Positions 1 through 11,974 of a stretch of DNA of 64,000 nucleotides are shown in pieces. Source of the stretch: Octopus sinensis (taxonomy: Eukaryota). Positions within the stretch are counted from its first letter, which is position 1, and each line of letters opens with the position of its first letter. Location: contig NC_043023.1 of assembly GCF_006345805.1 (NCBI RefSeq), forward strand, positions 620,001 through 684,000, in the 5' to 3' direction. Position numbers and translations under genes: made by a program. The notes beneath the pieces were generated by a model that was given only the letters and a program-made list of their open reading frames with translations, made no database searches and was not told the origin of the DNA.

Positions 1-174
1 TGGTGTATGTATGTATATGTATATATATATATATTATATATATATATATATAATATATATATATATATTGTGTGTGTATATATATATGTGTGTGTATATA
101 TGTGTATATATATATATATGTATGTGTGTATATATATATATGTTAATGTATATATATATATGTGTGTATATATA

Positions 175-224
<50 letters not shown>

Positions 225-334
225 TGTGTGTGTATATATATATGTGTGTGTATATATATATATGTGTGTGTACACACACACACAAAGAGTACATTTTAAG
301 GATGATTTTGAGTGTGAAGTAAATCTTACGGGTT

Positions 335-410
<76 letters not shown>

Positions 411-800
411 TGTATTCGTATACGCATGAGCAACAGTGCACTTAATCACGCTGAGTTGCACTAAATGATGAAATAAATGCACATATGCAGCACACTTTCA
501 AATGCATGCATCTGAATGTGTATATATCGACACATTGCCATGTGTTGCATGCACAAACATACATACACACACACACATACCTTCAAACATGCGCACTTAC
601 ACAGGCACCCATATGCACACACACACATATATATACATACACACATACACACACATAAACACAAACACACAACACAAACATACACACACACAAACACACA
701 CACACAAAAACACAAACACACACAACACACACACAAACACACACACACAAACGCACACACACAAACACACACACATACACACATACACATACACACACAT
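1..800. repeat. Compound (TA)n/(TG)n/(CA)n microsatellite field
   Basis: Direct reading; the overlapping YI/VC/HT-rich ORFs are translations of dinucleotide repeats. Confidence 0.95.
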
Positions 801-869
801 GCTTCTTGTCTGTGTGTCGCAGTTACGCAATGATAACAATGCTGACTCATCAAACGGTGAAAATCTCGT

Positions 870-1056
870 TGTGGTTGTTGTTGTTGACGTCATTGATTTC
901 TTTTCTTTTTTTGTTGTTGTACTCTTGCTATTGTTGTTGCTGTTGTTGTTGTTGTTAACCGTGTTGTTCTTATCGATTGCCTTGCAAATCGTTCAGATGT
1001 CTTTGTTGTTCTGTCATTATTACTACTGCTGTTGATGATGACGATGATGATGATTG

Positions 1057-1091
<35 letters not shown>

Positions 1092-1539
1092 GTGGTGGTG
1101 ATGATGACGATGATGATGATGGTGGTGGTGATGATGATGATGATGAAGATGGTGGTGATGATGGTGATGATGGTGGTGATGATGGTGGTGATGATGATGA
1201 CGATGATGATGATGGTGGTGGTGATGATGATGATGATGAAGATGGTGGTGATGATGGTGATGATGATGGTGATGATGGTGGTGATGATGATGACGATGAT
1301 GATGATGGTGGTGGTGATGATGATGATGATGAAGATGGTGGTGATGATGATGGTGATGATGATGGTGATGATGGTGGTGATGATGGTGGTGATGATGATG
1401 ACGATGATGATGATGGTGGTGGTGATGATGATGATGATGAAGATGGTGGTGATGATGGTGATGATGATGGTGATGATGGTGGTGATGATGATGACGATGA
1501 TGATGATGGTGGTGGTGATGATGATGATGATGGTGGTGG

Positions 1540-1570
<31 letters not shown>

Positions 1571-2190
1571 GACGATGATGATGAAGACGAGGATGATGAA
1601 AACGATGATGATGATAATGATAGTGATGACGATGATGGCAATGATGATGATGATGATGATGATGACGAAGATGACGATGGTGATGGTGGTGATGGTGATG
1701 ATGACGATGATGAAGACGATGCTGTTGTTATAGTTGTTATATTTGGTTGTTGATGTTGTTGCTTATGCTGTTCTTGCTGTTGTTGTTGTTTCGTATTGTT
1801 CATTTTGTTGTTGTTGATGTGCTTGATATCATTGTCGTAACTGTTGTTCGTCTCTCATTCTCTTGCTGCTGCTGCTGTTGTTGTTGTTGCTGTTGAGCTT
1901 CGCGATGACATTGATGTTGTTTTTGTTAATACGATTGAAATTATTGATCTTTTCGTTGTTGTTGTTGTTGTTGTAGCTCTTGTTGCTGTCTTTGTTGATT
2001 ATGATGATGATGATGATGATGACGGTGATGGTGACAGATGATGTTGGCGAAGGCGGTGGTAGTGATAACGATGCTGTTGTTGTTGGTGGTGGTAGCATTG
2101 ATGTTGATCATGTTGATGATGATAGTTGTGATGATGATGTTAATGATGGTGATGATCTTCATGACGACGATGGCGACGGTGATGATGACA
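870..2190. repeat. Trinucleotide low-complexity tract (GTT)n/(GAT)n/(GGT)n with an internal ~93-bp higher-order repeat
   Basis: GAAGAT anchors at ~1145, 1238, 1331 and 1439 (periods 93, 93, 108). Confidence 0.9.
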
Positions 2191-2215
2191 TCGTTAAACT
2201 ATTTCTCTTATTACA

Positions 2216-2345
2216 AAACTGGTTTGGCAGAATCGTTTAAGCATCAGAGAAAATGCCACGCGGTCTTTATTTCGGTTTCAGAGTTCAGAACCCGCCAGGT
2301 TCAACTTTGTCTTTCGTCATCCTTCCAGGGCCAATGAAATAAAAT
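2216..2345 (+). mobile_element. Degenerate SINE-B fragment
   Basis: TGGCAGAATCGTT...GAGTTCAGAACCCGCCAGGTTCAACTTTGTCTTTCGTCATCC aligns by eye to the copies at 54769 and 59354. Confidence 0.6.
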
Positions 2346-2545
2346 ATCACACATCCATCCATTCATCTTCTCCATCTACCATTCCTGGGACCCTCGTGCT
2401 GGTAGAATCCTCAGGTACCTCCTCCCTTGGATTCTGTAACAAGAAACTGTCATTACACTTTCAAGCTGGATTCCTAAATATTACCAACTGAGACGATGGA
2501 TATTATCCAAAAATCTACCATCCCGTTCTTGGTCTACCCCTAGAT

Positions 2546-3026
2546 CAGGAGTCACCAAACCTTTTTCACAGCGGGTCAGATACCCGAGATAATGACGAGC
2601 GCGGGTCGCACAAGCATTTTGTTCAATACAATACAGTGAATGGATACACTATAAAATAAAGACAACCAACAGATTTCCTAAAATGTTATCAATCACATCC
2701 AGTGCGCACACAAACTAAACAGCAAAAAAGGTTAGTGAGATTTGTGAAACTGGTGCTTAGCTATTAAGATATAATCAATATTTGCTTTGAAATTGCTGCA
2801 TCCAACCAAGAGAATTGCTTTCAAATGTTCATCAGTCAACCTCGTTCGATGTGCTGACTCCACATACTTCATCATTGAAAATGTTTGCTCACAAACTTAA
2901 GTCGTTCCAAACACTGATGCCATACCAGAGGCAAATGAACTCTCATTGCAGGAACTTACGCAAAAGATACAGTGCAGTGGTGGGCTGAATGGACTGACCT
3001 AATGGGCCGTAGTTTGGTGACCGCTG
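2546..3026 (-). mobile_element. hAT (Charlie/SPIN-type) non-autonomous element retaining a transposase C-terminal dimerisation-domain remnant
   Basis: Imperfect TIRs CAGGAGTCACCAAAC / GTTTGGTGACCGCTG; 8-bp TSD CCCTAGAT (2538-2545) / CCCAAGAT (3027-3034); minus strand ~2925-2765 reads ASVFGTT*VCEQTFSMMKYVESAHRTRLTDEHLKAILL, like the hAT FGSTY-CEQ-FS...RSRLTDEHL motif. Confidence 0.85.
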
Positions 3027-3186
3027 CCCAAGATAGATCAAGAACGAGATGATTGATAGTTGGATAAGCTGTCGTTGTGGTAGAGTCCTTGGGTACCTCC
3101 TCCATAAGATCCTGTCAGGAGCAACTATCATTACACTTTCCATTTGGATTCCCAAGTATGACCAAGTCTATGGATATTATCCAACC

Positions 3187-3417
3187 TATTTCTTTACTAC
3201 CCACAAGGTGCTAAACACAGAGAGGACAAACAAGGATAGACAAACGGATTAAGTCGATTACATCGATCCCAGTGCGCAACTGGTACTTAATTTATCGACC
3301 CCGAAAGGATGAAAACCAAAAAACGACCTCGGCGGAATTTGAACTCAGAACGTAACGGCAGACGAAATACGGCTACGCATTTCGCCCGGCGTGCTAACGT
3401 TTCTGCCAGCTCGCCGT
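3187..3417 (-). mobile_element. SINE-B, full length (tRNA-derived head, Meta-domain-like centre)
   Basis: Reverse complement starts GGCGAGCTGGCAGAAACGTTAGC, has B-box GAGTTCAAATTCC, then TTTCATCCTTTCGGGGTCGATAAATTAAGTACC, and ends GTGGGTAGTAAAGAAATA; matches 54769 and 59354. Confidence 0.9.
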
Positions 3418-4155
3418 CATGTTCTTCGTCAGCCCTTCTACTGGCCACGGGGACGCAGTCCCCATATACCTTCTCCATAGGGTCCTATCAGAAGCAACTA
3501 TCATTACATTTTCCAATCTTGATTCTCAAGTATGACCAACTCATTCTATGGATAATATCTAACCATTTCGTTCTTGGTCAACATTTGGTCTTCTACTGGC
3601 TACGGAGATGCAGTACTCGGGTACTTTCTCCATAGGGTCCTATCAGAAGCAACTATCATTACACTTTCTGGCTGCATTCTAAAGCGCAACCACATGAGAC
3701 TACGGGTATTATCCAAACGTCTCGTTCTTGGCCTACCCCTAGGTTTCATACCAGTTGGTTTGGCTTGAAGTTTCCGTTTTCTGATTCTTTTCTGTGACCT
3801 TCGAATCACATGTAATTAGTACCGGAGTTGTGGTCTTCGCCTACTATTTCTAGGAAGAGTCGTGGTGATAGTCCTCTAACACATCCTCCATAGGGTCCTA
3901 TCAGAAGCAATCAGTTATTACACTTACCTGATAGATTCAGAAGCTTGACCATCTGAAACTGTGAATATTACCCAATCATCTCCTTCTTGGTCTCTTGCTG
4001 ATCATTGGGGGTAGCATCCTGAGGTACCTGCTCTATAAGGTCCTATCAAAAGCGACCATCATTACTCTTTCTGGCTCTCAAGGCGACAATCACACGCTAC
4101 ACACCTATATACGTATATATGTAAGTATGTCCATATATGTATGTATATATGCATA

Positions 4156-4224
<69 letters not shown>

Positions 4225-4671
4225 ATATATATATAAAAAAAGGAAGCACGGTAAAGTACGACATACAACCAAATTCGGACTCAGCAGTGGGCTTCACAAA
4301 CTACTCCGCTCTCCAGTATCCCAAACGTGGGATAGGTAAGAGTGTAGTGTACGAGCCAAATAATAGAAAATCTAAACAGAAGACAAGTCTCATGTCCAAA
4401 GGTTTAGGCGCATACACATGTTTCAGAAAAATGCCAAAATAATTACATAAGTAGAAACATTATGCAATCTTGGAATTTACCTCATCAGTATCCCGCCATA
4501 AATACACCTGTTTTCTGCATATATGTATGTACATATATGTGCACACACACACACTCACTTACTCATTCACTTAAAAGAAAAGGATGAAGTCTACTACCTG
4601 AGCCATACTCACATAAGGTCAGTTTATCAGCTTCTGTGGCGTATATATACCACCCTCGTTCAGTCGCAGGA

Positions 4672-4808
4672 TTACTCATTTTTGCCAGCTGAGTGGACCG
4701 CAGCAACGTGAAATGAAGTGTTTTGCTCAAGAACACAATGCGTCGCCTAGTCCAGGAATCGAAACCACAATCTTACGATCATGATGCTGATGCCCTAACC
4801 ACTAAGCA
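4672..4808 (-). mobile_element. SINE-D fragment (tRNA-like head)
   Basis: Minus strand GCTTAGTGGTTAGGGC...GGTTTCGATTCC (A/B boxes), then GTGTTCTTGAGCAAAACACTTCATTTCAC; related pieces at ~53505-53605 and ~53745-53815. Confidence 0.7.
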
Positions 4809-4826
4809 ACATACAGCTACAGACAT

Positions 4827-5640
4827 ACTGTTGCCATTGTAATGAAGCTAAAATATGCAGAGTGAAGCCATTTGACAAAGATTGAGCGTGAACTCTACTG
4901 TGCATGCGCACTGAGTTTTAACGTTCTAGCTCACATCTGCTATTTACAGCAGTGCTTGGAAGGAATGTGTGTAGCGTGTGATCATCGTATTGATCATGAC
5001 AGAGAAAGTTAAGCTGAGAATCTGCATCAAAGTTTTCATCGTTCTCACCACAATTAAAGAGATCTTGCGCAACTGAAACCCTAGTGTCTTTTTGTTCAGC
5101 TGGAAGCAGTTTTGGCACAAACTTGACAGACACGCGTCTCATACCCAAATCTTCAGTGATAATAGACTGAACTGAACCGTAACTAATCTGCACATCCTCT
5201 GATAACTCACGGATGGTGATTCGACGATTTCCCCTCACAGCTGCATGCACATCTACAATATTTTTCTTAGTATTGCTGGTTGCGGGTCTCCCAGAACGTT
5301 CGTCAATATTGACATTTTTCGGTCATCTTGGAAACGTCTGAAGCACTTGTACTCTTGTGTGCGGTTCATACACTCCTCTCCATACACGTTCTGCAACTTT
5401 GCGTAGACCTCCGAGCAAATATCGTCATGACAACTTACTCTATCATGGTCAAGTCGACAATCACACGCTACACACCTTACTTCCAAGCACTGCTGTAAAC
5501 AGTGGAAGTGAGCTAGAGCATAAAAACTTTGTGCGCATGCACAGAAGGGTTCAAGATCAATCTTCGCTAGGCGGCTTCACTATGCGTGCTTTAGCTTCGT
5601 TACTATGGCAACAGTCCCGATACTTATTCATCAGGCGTCA
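4827..5640 (-). mobile_element. Mariner-family fold-back derivative: two inverted 5' ends around an N-terminal transposase remnant
   Basis: Minus ORFs give VYGEECMNRTQEYK..FRRF and RRITIRELSEDVQISYGSVQSIITEDLGMRRVSVKFVPKLL (mariner HTH and WVPxxL-like linker); arms 4827-5031 and ~5430-5640 are inverted copies; the right end is followed by TA. Confidence 0.85.
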
Positions 5641-5666
5641 TATATACGTAATACATAACTTTTATC

Positions 5667-5891
5667 TTTTACTTGTTTCACTCATTAGACTGCGGCCATA
5701 CTGGGGCACTGCCTTGAAGAATTTTAGTCGAACGAATCAACCGTAATACTTTTTAAAGCCTGGTACTTATCCTACCGATCTCTTTTACCGAACTTCGAAG
5801 CTACTGGGACGTAAACACACCAACAATGGTTGTCGAATGGTGATAGGGGACGGGACAGACAGACACACATGCACATACATACATATGTATG

Positions 5892-5928
<37 letters not shown>

Positions 5929-6088
5929 GATGGGCTTCTTTCAGTTTCCATCTATCAAATCCACTCACAAAACTTTGGTCGGCTTGAAGCTGTGGAAGAC
6001 ACTTTCCCAAGGTGCCAGGTAGTAGGACTGAACACAGAAGTATGTGGTTGGGAAGTAAGCTTCTTACCAAACAGACATGCCTGCACCT
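5667..6088 (-). mobile_element. SINE-A, near full length
   Basis: Reverse complement of the tRNA-like head, CCTTGGGAAAGTGTCTTC segment, internal (TA)n and CAAGTAAAAG tail. Confidence 0.9.
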
Positions 6089-6292
6089 ACACACACACAC
6101 ACACACAAACACAAACATCCGCATAACCCCCACACATGCTTAATAAAGAGCTGGTTGAACCGAAACGGCTCCATAATGTGTACCATTCTTTGTATATTTT
6201 TAATAAATATTTTCCCTCAGTGCCAATTGCTTTGAGTGCTACATCACGATGATGGCCTAATTAGCTCTTTGAAGTAACGAGTCTTTCAACTA

Positions 6293-6333
<41 letters not shown>

Positions 6334-6522
6334 GCGTATACTTACACACACACACACACACATTAAGTGTCGCTACGTATAAATAATTATTATATATAAT
6401 TATTTATACGTATAGACACCTATACTTTCAGATACCTTATGTAAATCTACAGACATATATATATATATATATATATATAAGTATATACAAATAAACACAC
6501 ACAAACTCTCTCTCTCTCTGTA

Positions 6523-6553
<31 letters not shown>

Positions 6554-6680
6554 TATTCAAGCAAATAATTTTATATCTTAAAATCTCTAATACGTATCAA
6601 GGATCATAAGCACATAAAAATACACACGTGTAAGTATATGCATGTTATTGTGTGTGTGTGTGTGTGTGTGTGCATTTGTA

Positions 6681-6738
<58 letters not shown>

Positions 6739-6894
6739 GTGGCATAGCGAATACTAAGAACAATAAAAAAAACAAGGAAAAAAACTAGGTTGAAATACTC
6801 AAAAGAACCAAATATGCTAAACGTAGCCAACAACGAAGCAGATTAGAAGAAAATATAAAAGAAAAGCACGAAGCGCCTGGTAACTCTTCTATCG

Positions 6895-7010
6895 TATGTA
6901 TGAGACAATGAGGGAGACCTCTACATGGTAGCTAGACCTGTTAGACATAGCAACCAAATCTCCCTTAAATCACACAACTCTCTTATTTGTGGATATATGT
7001 ATGTATTGGC
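6895..7010 (+). repeat. Copy of the 107-bp minisatellite unit (family of 34327-34920)
   Basis: CAATGAGGGAGACCTCTACATGGTAGCTAGACCTG...CCAAATCTCCC...AAATCACAC. Confidence 0.8.
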
Positions 7011-7014
7011 TATA

Positions 7015-7862
7015 TGTATGTATTCATTGATCTTACTAAGACTTTTGACTCTGTCAACTTGATTGCCTTGTTGGAGATCCTGAGGAGACTTGGATACCCG
7101 GTAGAGTTTCTCACTGCTCTGAAGCAATTTCACGATGGCATGGAAGTAAGGATCAACATTGGTGGAAAGCTCTCAGAGCCTATCTCTGTAATGAATGGGG
7201 TAAAACAAGGTGACATACCAGCACCCACTCTCTTCGCTCTCTATTTTACTATAGTTTTTCACTCGGCTTTCAAAGACTCCTATGAAGACATGTATGCCGG
7301 ATATTGTACAACAGGAAGAATCTTTAACATCAGAAGAATGTCAGCTAAGTCAAGAACGTCCTCAACTCTTATTAGAGACTTCCTCTATGCAGATGATTGT
7401 GATATTGTCACTCATATGAAGTGGACATGCAAAATCTTATGAATGCAATTTCAATGGCTTGTGAGTCACGTAACTTAAACATAAATCTAATCAAGACCGT
7501 TGTCATGTTTCAACCAGCACCAGGAATGCCATACATAGAACCTGGTAACTTCGTGTATGGAAGAAAACTTGCTGTGGTTTCTAAGTCTGTTTACTTAGGG
7601 AGCACACCAAACACATCAACGAATCTTGATGATCAAGTGTCACTGCGCATTCAGAAAGCCAGTTATGCTTTTGGCATACTGGAAGACCGCCTATGGCCTA
7701 GACATGGTATTTTCACTGCGACAAAGATTAAGGTGTACAATACATGTATTTTAACCTCTTTATTGTATGCTTGCGAAACCTGGAGTCTGTATCGTAAGCA
7801 CTTAAAACTTATGGAACGCTTTCATCAACGATGTCTCAGAAGTATTTTGAGGATCAGCTGGA
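7015..7862 (+). mobile_element. RTE/BovB-like LINE reverse-transcriptase fragment, frameshifted near 7425
   Basis: FIDLTKTFDSVN, GVKQGDIPAPTLF, LYADDC, YLGS, TKIKVYNTCILTSLLYACETW and RFHQRCLRSIL are canonical RTE RT and thumb motifs. Confidence 0.92.
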
Positions 7863-8059
7863 AAATGTTTGAGAGTGGCTCCACTCGAAATCGTGTTGGC
7901 AACCACCATTATGTATGTATGTATGTATGTATGTATGTATGTATGTATGTATGTATGTATGTATGTATGTGTGTATTGTATGTATGTATGTGTGTGTATA
8001 TATGTATGTATGTATGTGTGTATTGCATGTATGTATGTATGTATGCATGTATGCATGTG

Positions 8060-8245
8060 TGTATGTATAAGCAAATGAGGGACTACCTGTCAAAATAGTA
8101 GCCAAATATTCATTCTGTGTGTGTGTATGTGTGTGTGTGTATGTGTGTGTGTGTAAGCCAATGAGAAGACCTCTATATGATGGCTGGATACGCCAGGAAT
8201 ATCAGCCAAATCCCCCTCAAATCACAGCCTTGTGTATGTGTCGCT
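8060..8245 (+). repeat. Two degenerate copies of the 107-bp minisatellite unit
   Basis: GCAAATGAGGGA...AATAGTAGCCAAAT and GCCAATGAGAAGACCTCTATATG...CAGCCAAATCCCCTCAAATCAC. Confidence 0.7.
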
Positions 8246-8282
8246 AGAAATACTATCTGTGAATGAAAGTTGGGACGGTCAC

Positions 8283-8446
8283 CAGTAGCGTAGCTAGAGC
8301 CATGCCGCCCGGGGCGGCCCTTCCATTTGCGGCTCACAGACCCCACAAAAAATCACATATTGCCTACAGCAGCCCAAAAGCGGTGCCCCTTTACAAGTGC
8401 CGCCAAGGGTGGACCTCCCCCTGCCCCACCCTCAGCTACGCTAGTG
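8283..8446. mobile_element. 164-bp hAT-type MITE
   Basis: TIRs CAGTAGCGTAGCT / AGCTACGCTAGTG (12/13 match); 8-bp TSD ACGGTCAC (8275-8282) / ACGGTCGC (8447-8454); GC-rich interior. Confidence 0.85.
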
Positions 8447-9166
8447 ACGGTCGCAGATGGAACATCTAATGGATAACGGTTGATCTCGAACCAGCAGCAA
8501 AGAACACACAAGAATTTTCCGACGGCCAACAAAAGAAGCCAAAATGGAGTGTCTTTTAAAATAAAACACAAGACAAAAACAAGTAAGAAGGCTTTTTATT
8601 GGAAGAAAAGAAATCCCATCTAAACAAACAGATTCCTCGTTAAGACAGGTGGAAGAATAACGTGTTCGTTCTAAATCAATTCTTGAGTGTTAACATGTCG
8701 ACATGTCTTTACAGAACATATCGCCATCTGGATAGCTTCTTCTTCTTCTTCTTCTTCTTCTTCCAATTCTTCTTCTTCTTATCCTCATCATCATCATCTA
8801 TAGTTGTTGTTGTCTTCGTTACATTTCAAAGAAAGCAGACGACAACGGCTAATAGCAAATATGTCGGCCATTGGAATATAACTTGCGTACAGACTACAGG
8901 CTTGTTGAAATGTTTTGGAACTGAGGAATGCGTGTTGTGTTGGAGATGGTGGTGGTTATGTGCGCGCGCGTGTGTGTGTGTGTATGAGTTGTTAGTGTGT
9001 GTGTCTGAATGAGTTGTTGATGTATTTGTGTGCCTTGTGTGTGTTTATATGTGGGTTTGAGACAATGTGTATGTGTATGGCTGTGTGCTTATGTGTACGT
9101 ATCTGAGTGTGCGTTCTTGTCTGTGTATGTGTTACGATACTTCAAAACCTTATATTCTTTCCTACT

Positions 9167-9266
9167 NNNNNNNNNNNNNNNNNNNNNNNNNNNNNNNNNN
9201 NNNNNNNNNNNNNNNNNNNNNNNNNNNNNNNNNNNNNNNNNNNNNNNNNNNNNNNNNNNNNNNNNN
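9167..9266. other. Assembly gap (100 N)
   Basis: Run of 100 N, probably a placeholder of unknown true size. Confidence 0.99.
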
Positions 9267-9279
9267 CCTGCTCTATTAG

Positions 9280-9286
9280 TGTATGT

Positions 9287-9325
<39 letters not shown>

Positions 9326-9627
9326 CGGGGTATGGGTGTGTACACATACTCACACACATGCACACACACGCACACATACACGCACATACATATCTATATA
9401 TGGATGGTATTTTTGTGAGTAATTATACATATATTATATATATTTATATATACACATGCCTACATACATGTACATAAATATGTATATACATATATATATA
9501 TACAAATATATATATATGTATTATAGACACACACACATACATATAGATACATATATATGTGTGTGTGTATGTATAGATGTATATATGTGTGTGTATGGAT
9601 GTATATATGTATGTGTATGGATAGCTG

Positions 9628-9669
<42 letters not shown>

Positions 9670-9782
9670 TTATATACACACACAAAGATAGATAGATAGC
9701 GGTATATATGTATAAATATATGTGTGTGTGAATATATATAGATATGTATATATGAGAATATATGTATTTGTATAAATATGTG

Positions 9783-9813
<31 letters not shown>

Positions 9814-9910
9814 ACACACACATTATTATGATATATATTGATAATACACTTATAGATTATGACAAACATATGCGCAAATATCTATAATCACTGAACTACA
9901 CATATAGATA

Positions 9911-9953
<43 letters not shown>

Positions 9954-9963
9954 TATATATACC

Positions 9964-10019
<56 letters not shown>

Positions 10020-11340
10020 CATACATGCACATACATATATACACACACACACATAAGTAACAAATGCATTGAGCAATATCTTGCGATTTAATCAAAGAGC
10101 TGAGAAGACAGGTGAGGATGAGGGTGGTCGTGGTGGAAGGGGTTGTGCGGATGATGGAGAATCGTCGGTGGCGACGGAGGGATGGAGGGGTGTGGATGGC
10201 GGGTGGGAGGGTGGAGGTGATGGTGGGGGTGAGATTTAAGTGGATTGTTTCACTGTGAGACAGGAAGTCGGCTTACAACCGGAAGAGGAAGTTGCGGAGC
10301 TTACAGTAGGTAATCATATTGACACCTTGCCGAAGTATCACACACACACATACACACACACACTCTTATACACACGCTTATACATACCAAACCACGCACA
10401 CACTCTTATACACACTTGCATAAGCGTTCAGTCACACTCACGCACACACATACACATTAATACATTTGCATAAGTCTTTTACTCACACACACATTTATAC
10501 ACACATCTTGCCTAAGTATCACACACACAAATGCGTTTATACACACACACACACATACACATACACATACGTATGCATAAGTTTGCACGTATGTATATAC
10601 ATTAATAAATTAGCATAACTCCTTCACATACACACACACACATATATACACATTTACATAAGCCTTCACACCTATTCACACATATTTACATAATTCCTTC
10701 ACACACACTCACTCACACTTATAGACATACACACAACACGTATATATACACACACACTCGTACATATTCATATAAGCCTTCACATGTATACACACATTGA
10801 TTAGATAAGTCTTTCACACACACACTCACACACATCTTTATATATGATACCTTATACATACACACATTAATACACTTATATATTACTTCACGCACACACA
10901 TTTGTATAATGCTTTGTACACACAGACACACACACGCACACACACACACATATATATCTATGGTTGCACTTTATATTCATAAAGAATTACGTATGTGTGT
11001 GTATGTGTTTGAAGCATTGCGTGTTTTAATGTGTGTGACATTATATAAGTGTGTTAATGTATGCATGTGTGCATATATGAGAGTATAAAAGTTTATGAAA
11101 ATTTATTAATGAGTGTTTGTAGGTGTGTGTGTGTGTGCATTTGTTTTGTCAAGAGATCTATATATTTCTGGGTAGTATGGTTAAATGAATTGTTCATATA
11201 GAAAACACCCTGTAAATACGCATATATACATACACACATACATATATATATTATGTGCCTTTATATGCATATCTATAAGAGAGAGAGAGAGAAAGTGAGA
11301 GAGAGAGAGATTTTATATGCCTATACACACACTCATATAC
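9280..11340. repeat. Microsatellite and cryptic (TA)/(CA)/(TG) field
   Basis: Direct reading. Confidence 0.85.
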
Positions 11341-11474
11341 CCACAGAGGCAGGCATATCCACTCTTACATACACATATAAAACAGCAAACCATAAGAGAT
11401 TGTTTATAAAATATTTAATTACATCATCTTACATATATTTCATTGACAAAAAATGATCATTAGTTGCATAACAG

Positions 11475-11658
11475 AAATTACATAATCAAAATGCATTATC
11501 AAATCTTCAGAGTTGTGCAACCTGATTTCTGACCGTTTTCCATCACAGAATTAATAACCAAATGTCCCATTATGGCAACTTTTCGCTAATTCAATTTTGT
11601 TACATATAAAGATTACAGTTCTCTGAAGATTTGACAGTAAATTTTGATTATGTAATTT
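11475..11658. mobile_element. Small MITE-like element with ~38-bp imperfect terminal inverted repeats
   Basis: AAATTACATAATCAAAAT..TCAAATCTTCAGAG (11475-11512) is mirrored by CTCTGAAGATTTGA..ATTTTGATTATGTAATTT (11621-11658). Confidence 0.6.
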
Positions 11659-11974
11659 GCTTTACATAACATTCTTTGTTAATGAGACATACGTAAGATG
11701 GTGTAACTAAACATTTTATAAACAATCTCTTCTGTTTTGCTTCTTGTTTTTACATGCACTCTATGAAATACCCAAACTCCAGATCCGTACCAAATTATAT
11801 GAATGGGTATAAAAATGGAATTTAGGTTATTTTTTGTGCAATTTCAATTTTGAATCACACTACCTACACCTCTCCCTATCTATTTATCTTCTTTTATTGC
11901 TTAACTCATTTCAGTGATTGAACTGTGGCCATGCTGGGGCACAACCTAGTGTTTATTTCTTTTATAGTCTTATT

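Larger units (their letters stand above)
2395..4075. repeat. Local degenerate tandem array, about 6 copies of a ~140-bp unit, interrupted by a hAT MITE and a SINE
   Basis: Recurrent GGTACCTCCTCCATAGGGTCCTATCAGAAGCAACTATCATTACACTTT-like core at ~2447, 3125, 3498, 3653, 3914 and 4037. Confidence 0.85.

Noticed and set aside
7-893. Numerous YI/VC/HT-rich ORFs here and throughout the window
   Set aside because: Translations of dinucleotide microsatellites.
977-1803. 258-aa Asp/Gly-rich and 277-aa Ser/Pro-rich ORFs as acidic biomineral-type proteins
   Set aside because: Trinucleotide repeats leave several frames on both strands open; no splice signals, signal peptide or unique domain.
6140-6275. 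Permuted hammerhead remnant (AAAGAGCT..GAAAC ... CGATGA..AGCTCTTT)
   Set aside because: Core is broken (CGATGA), stem III mismatched and stem I unconvincing; too degenerate to claim.
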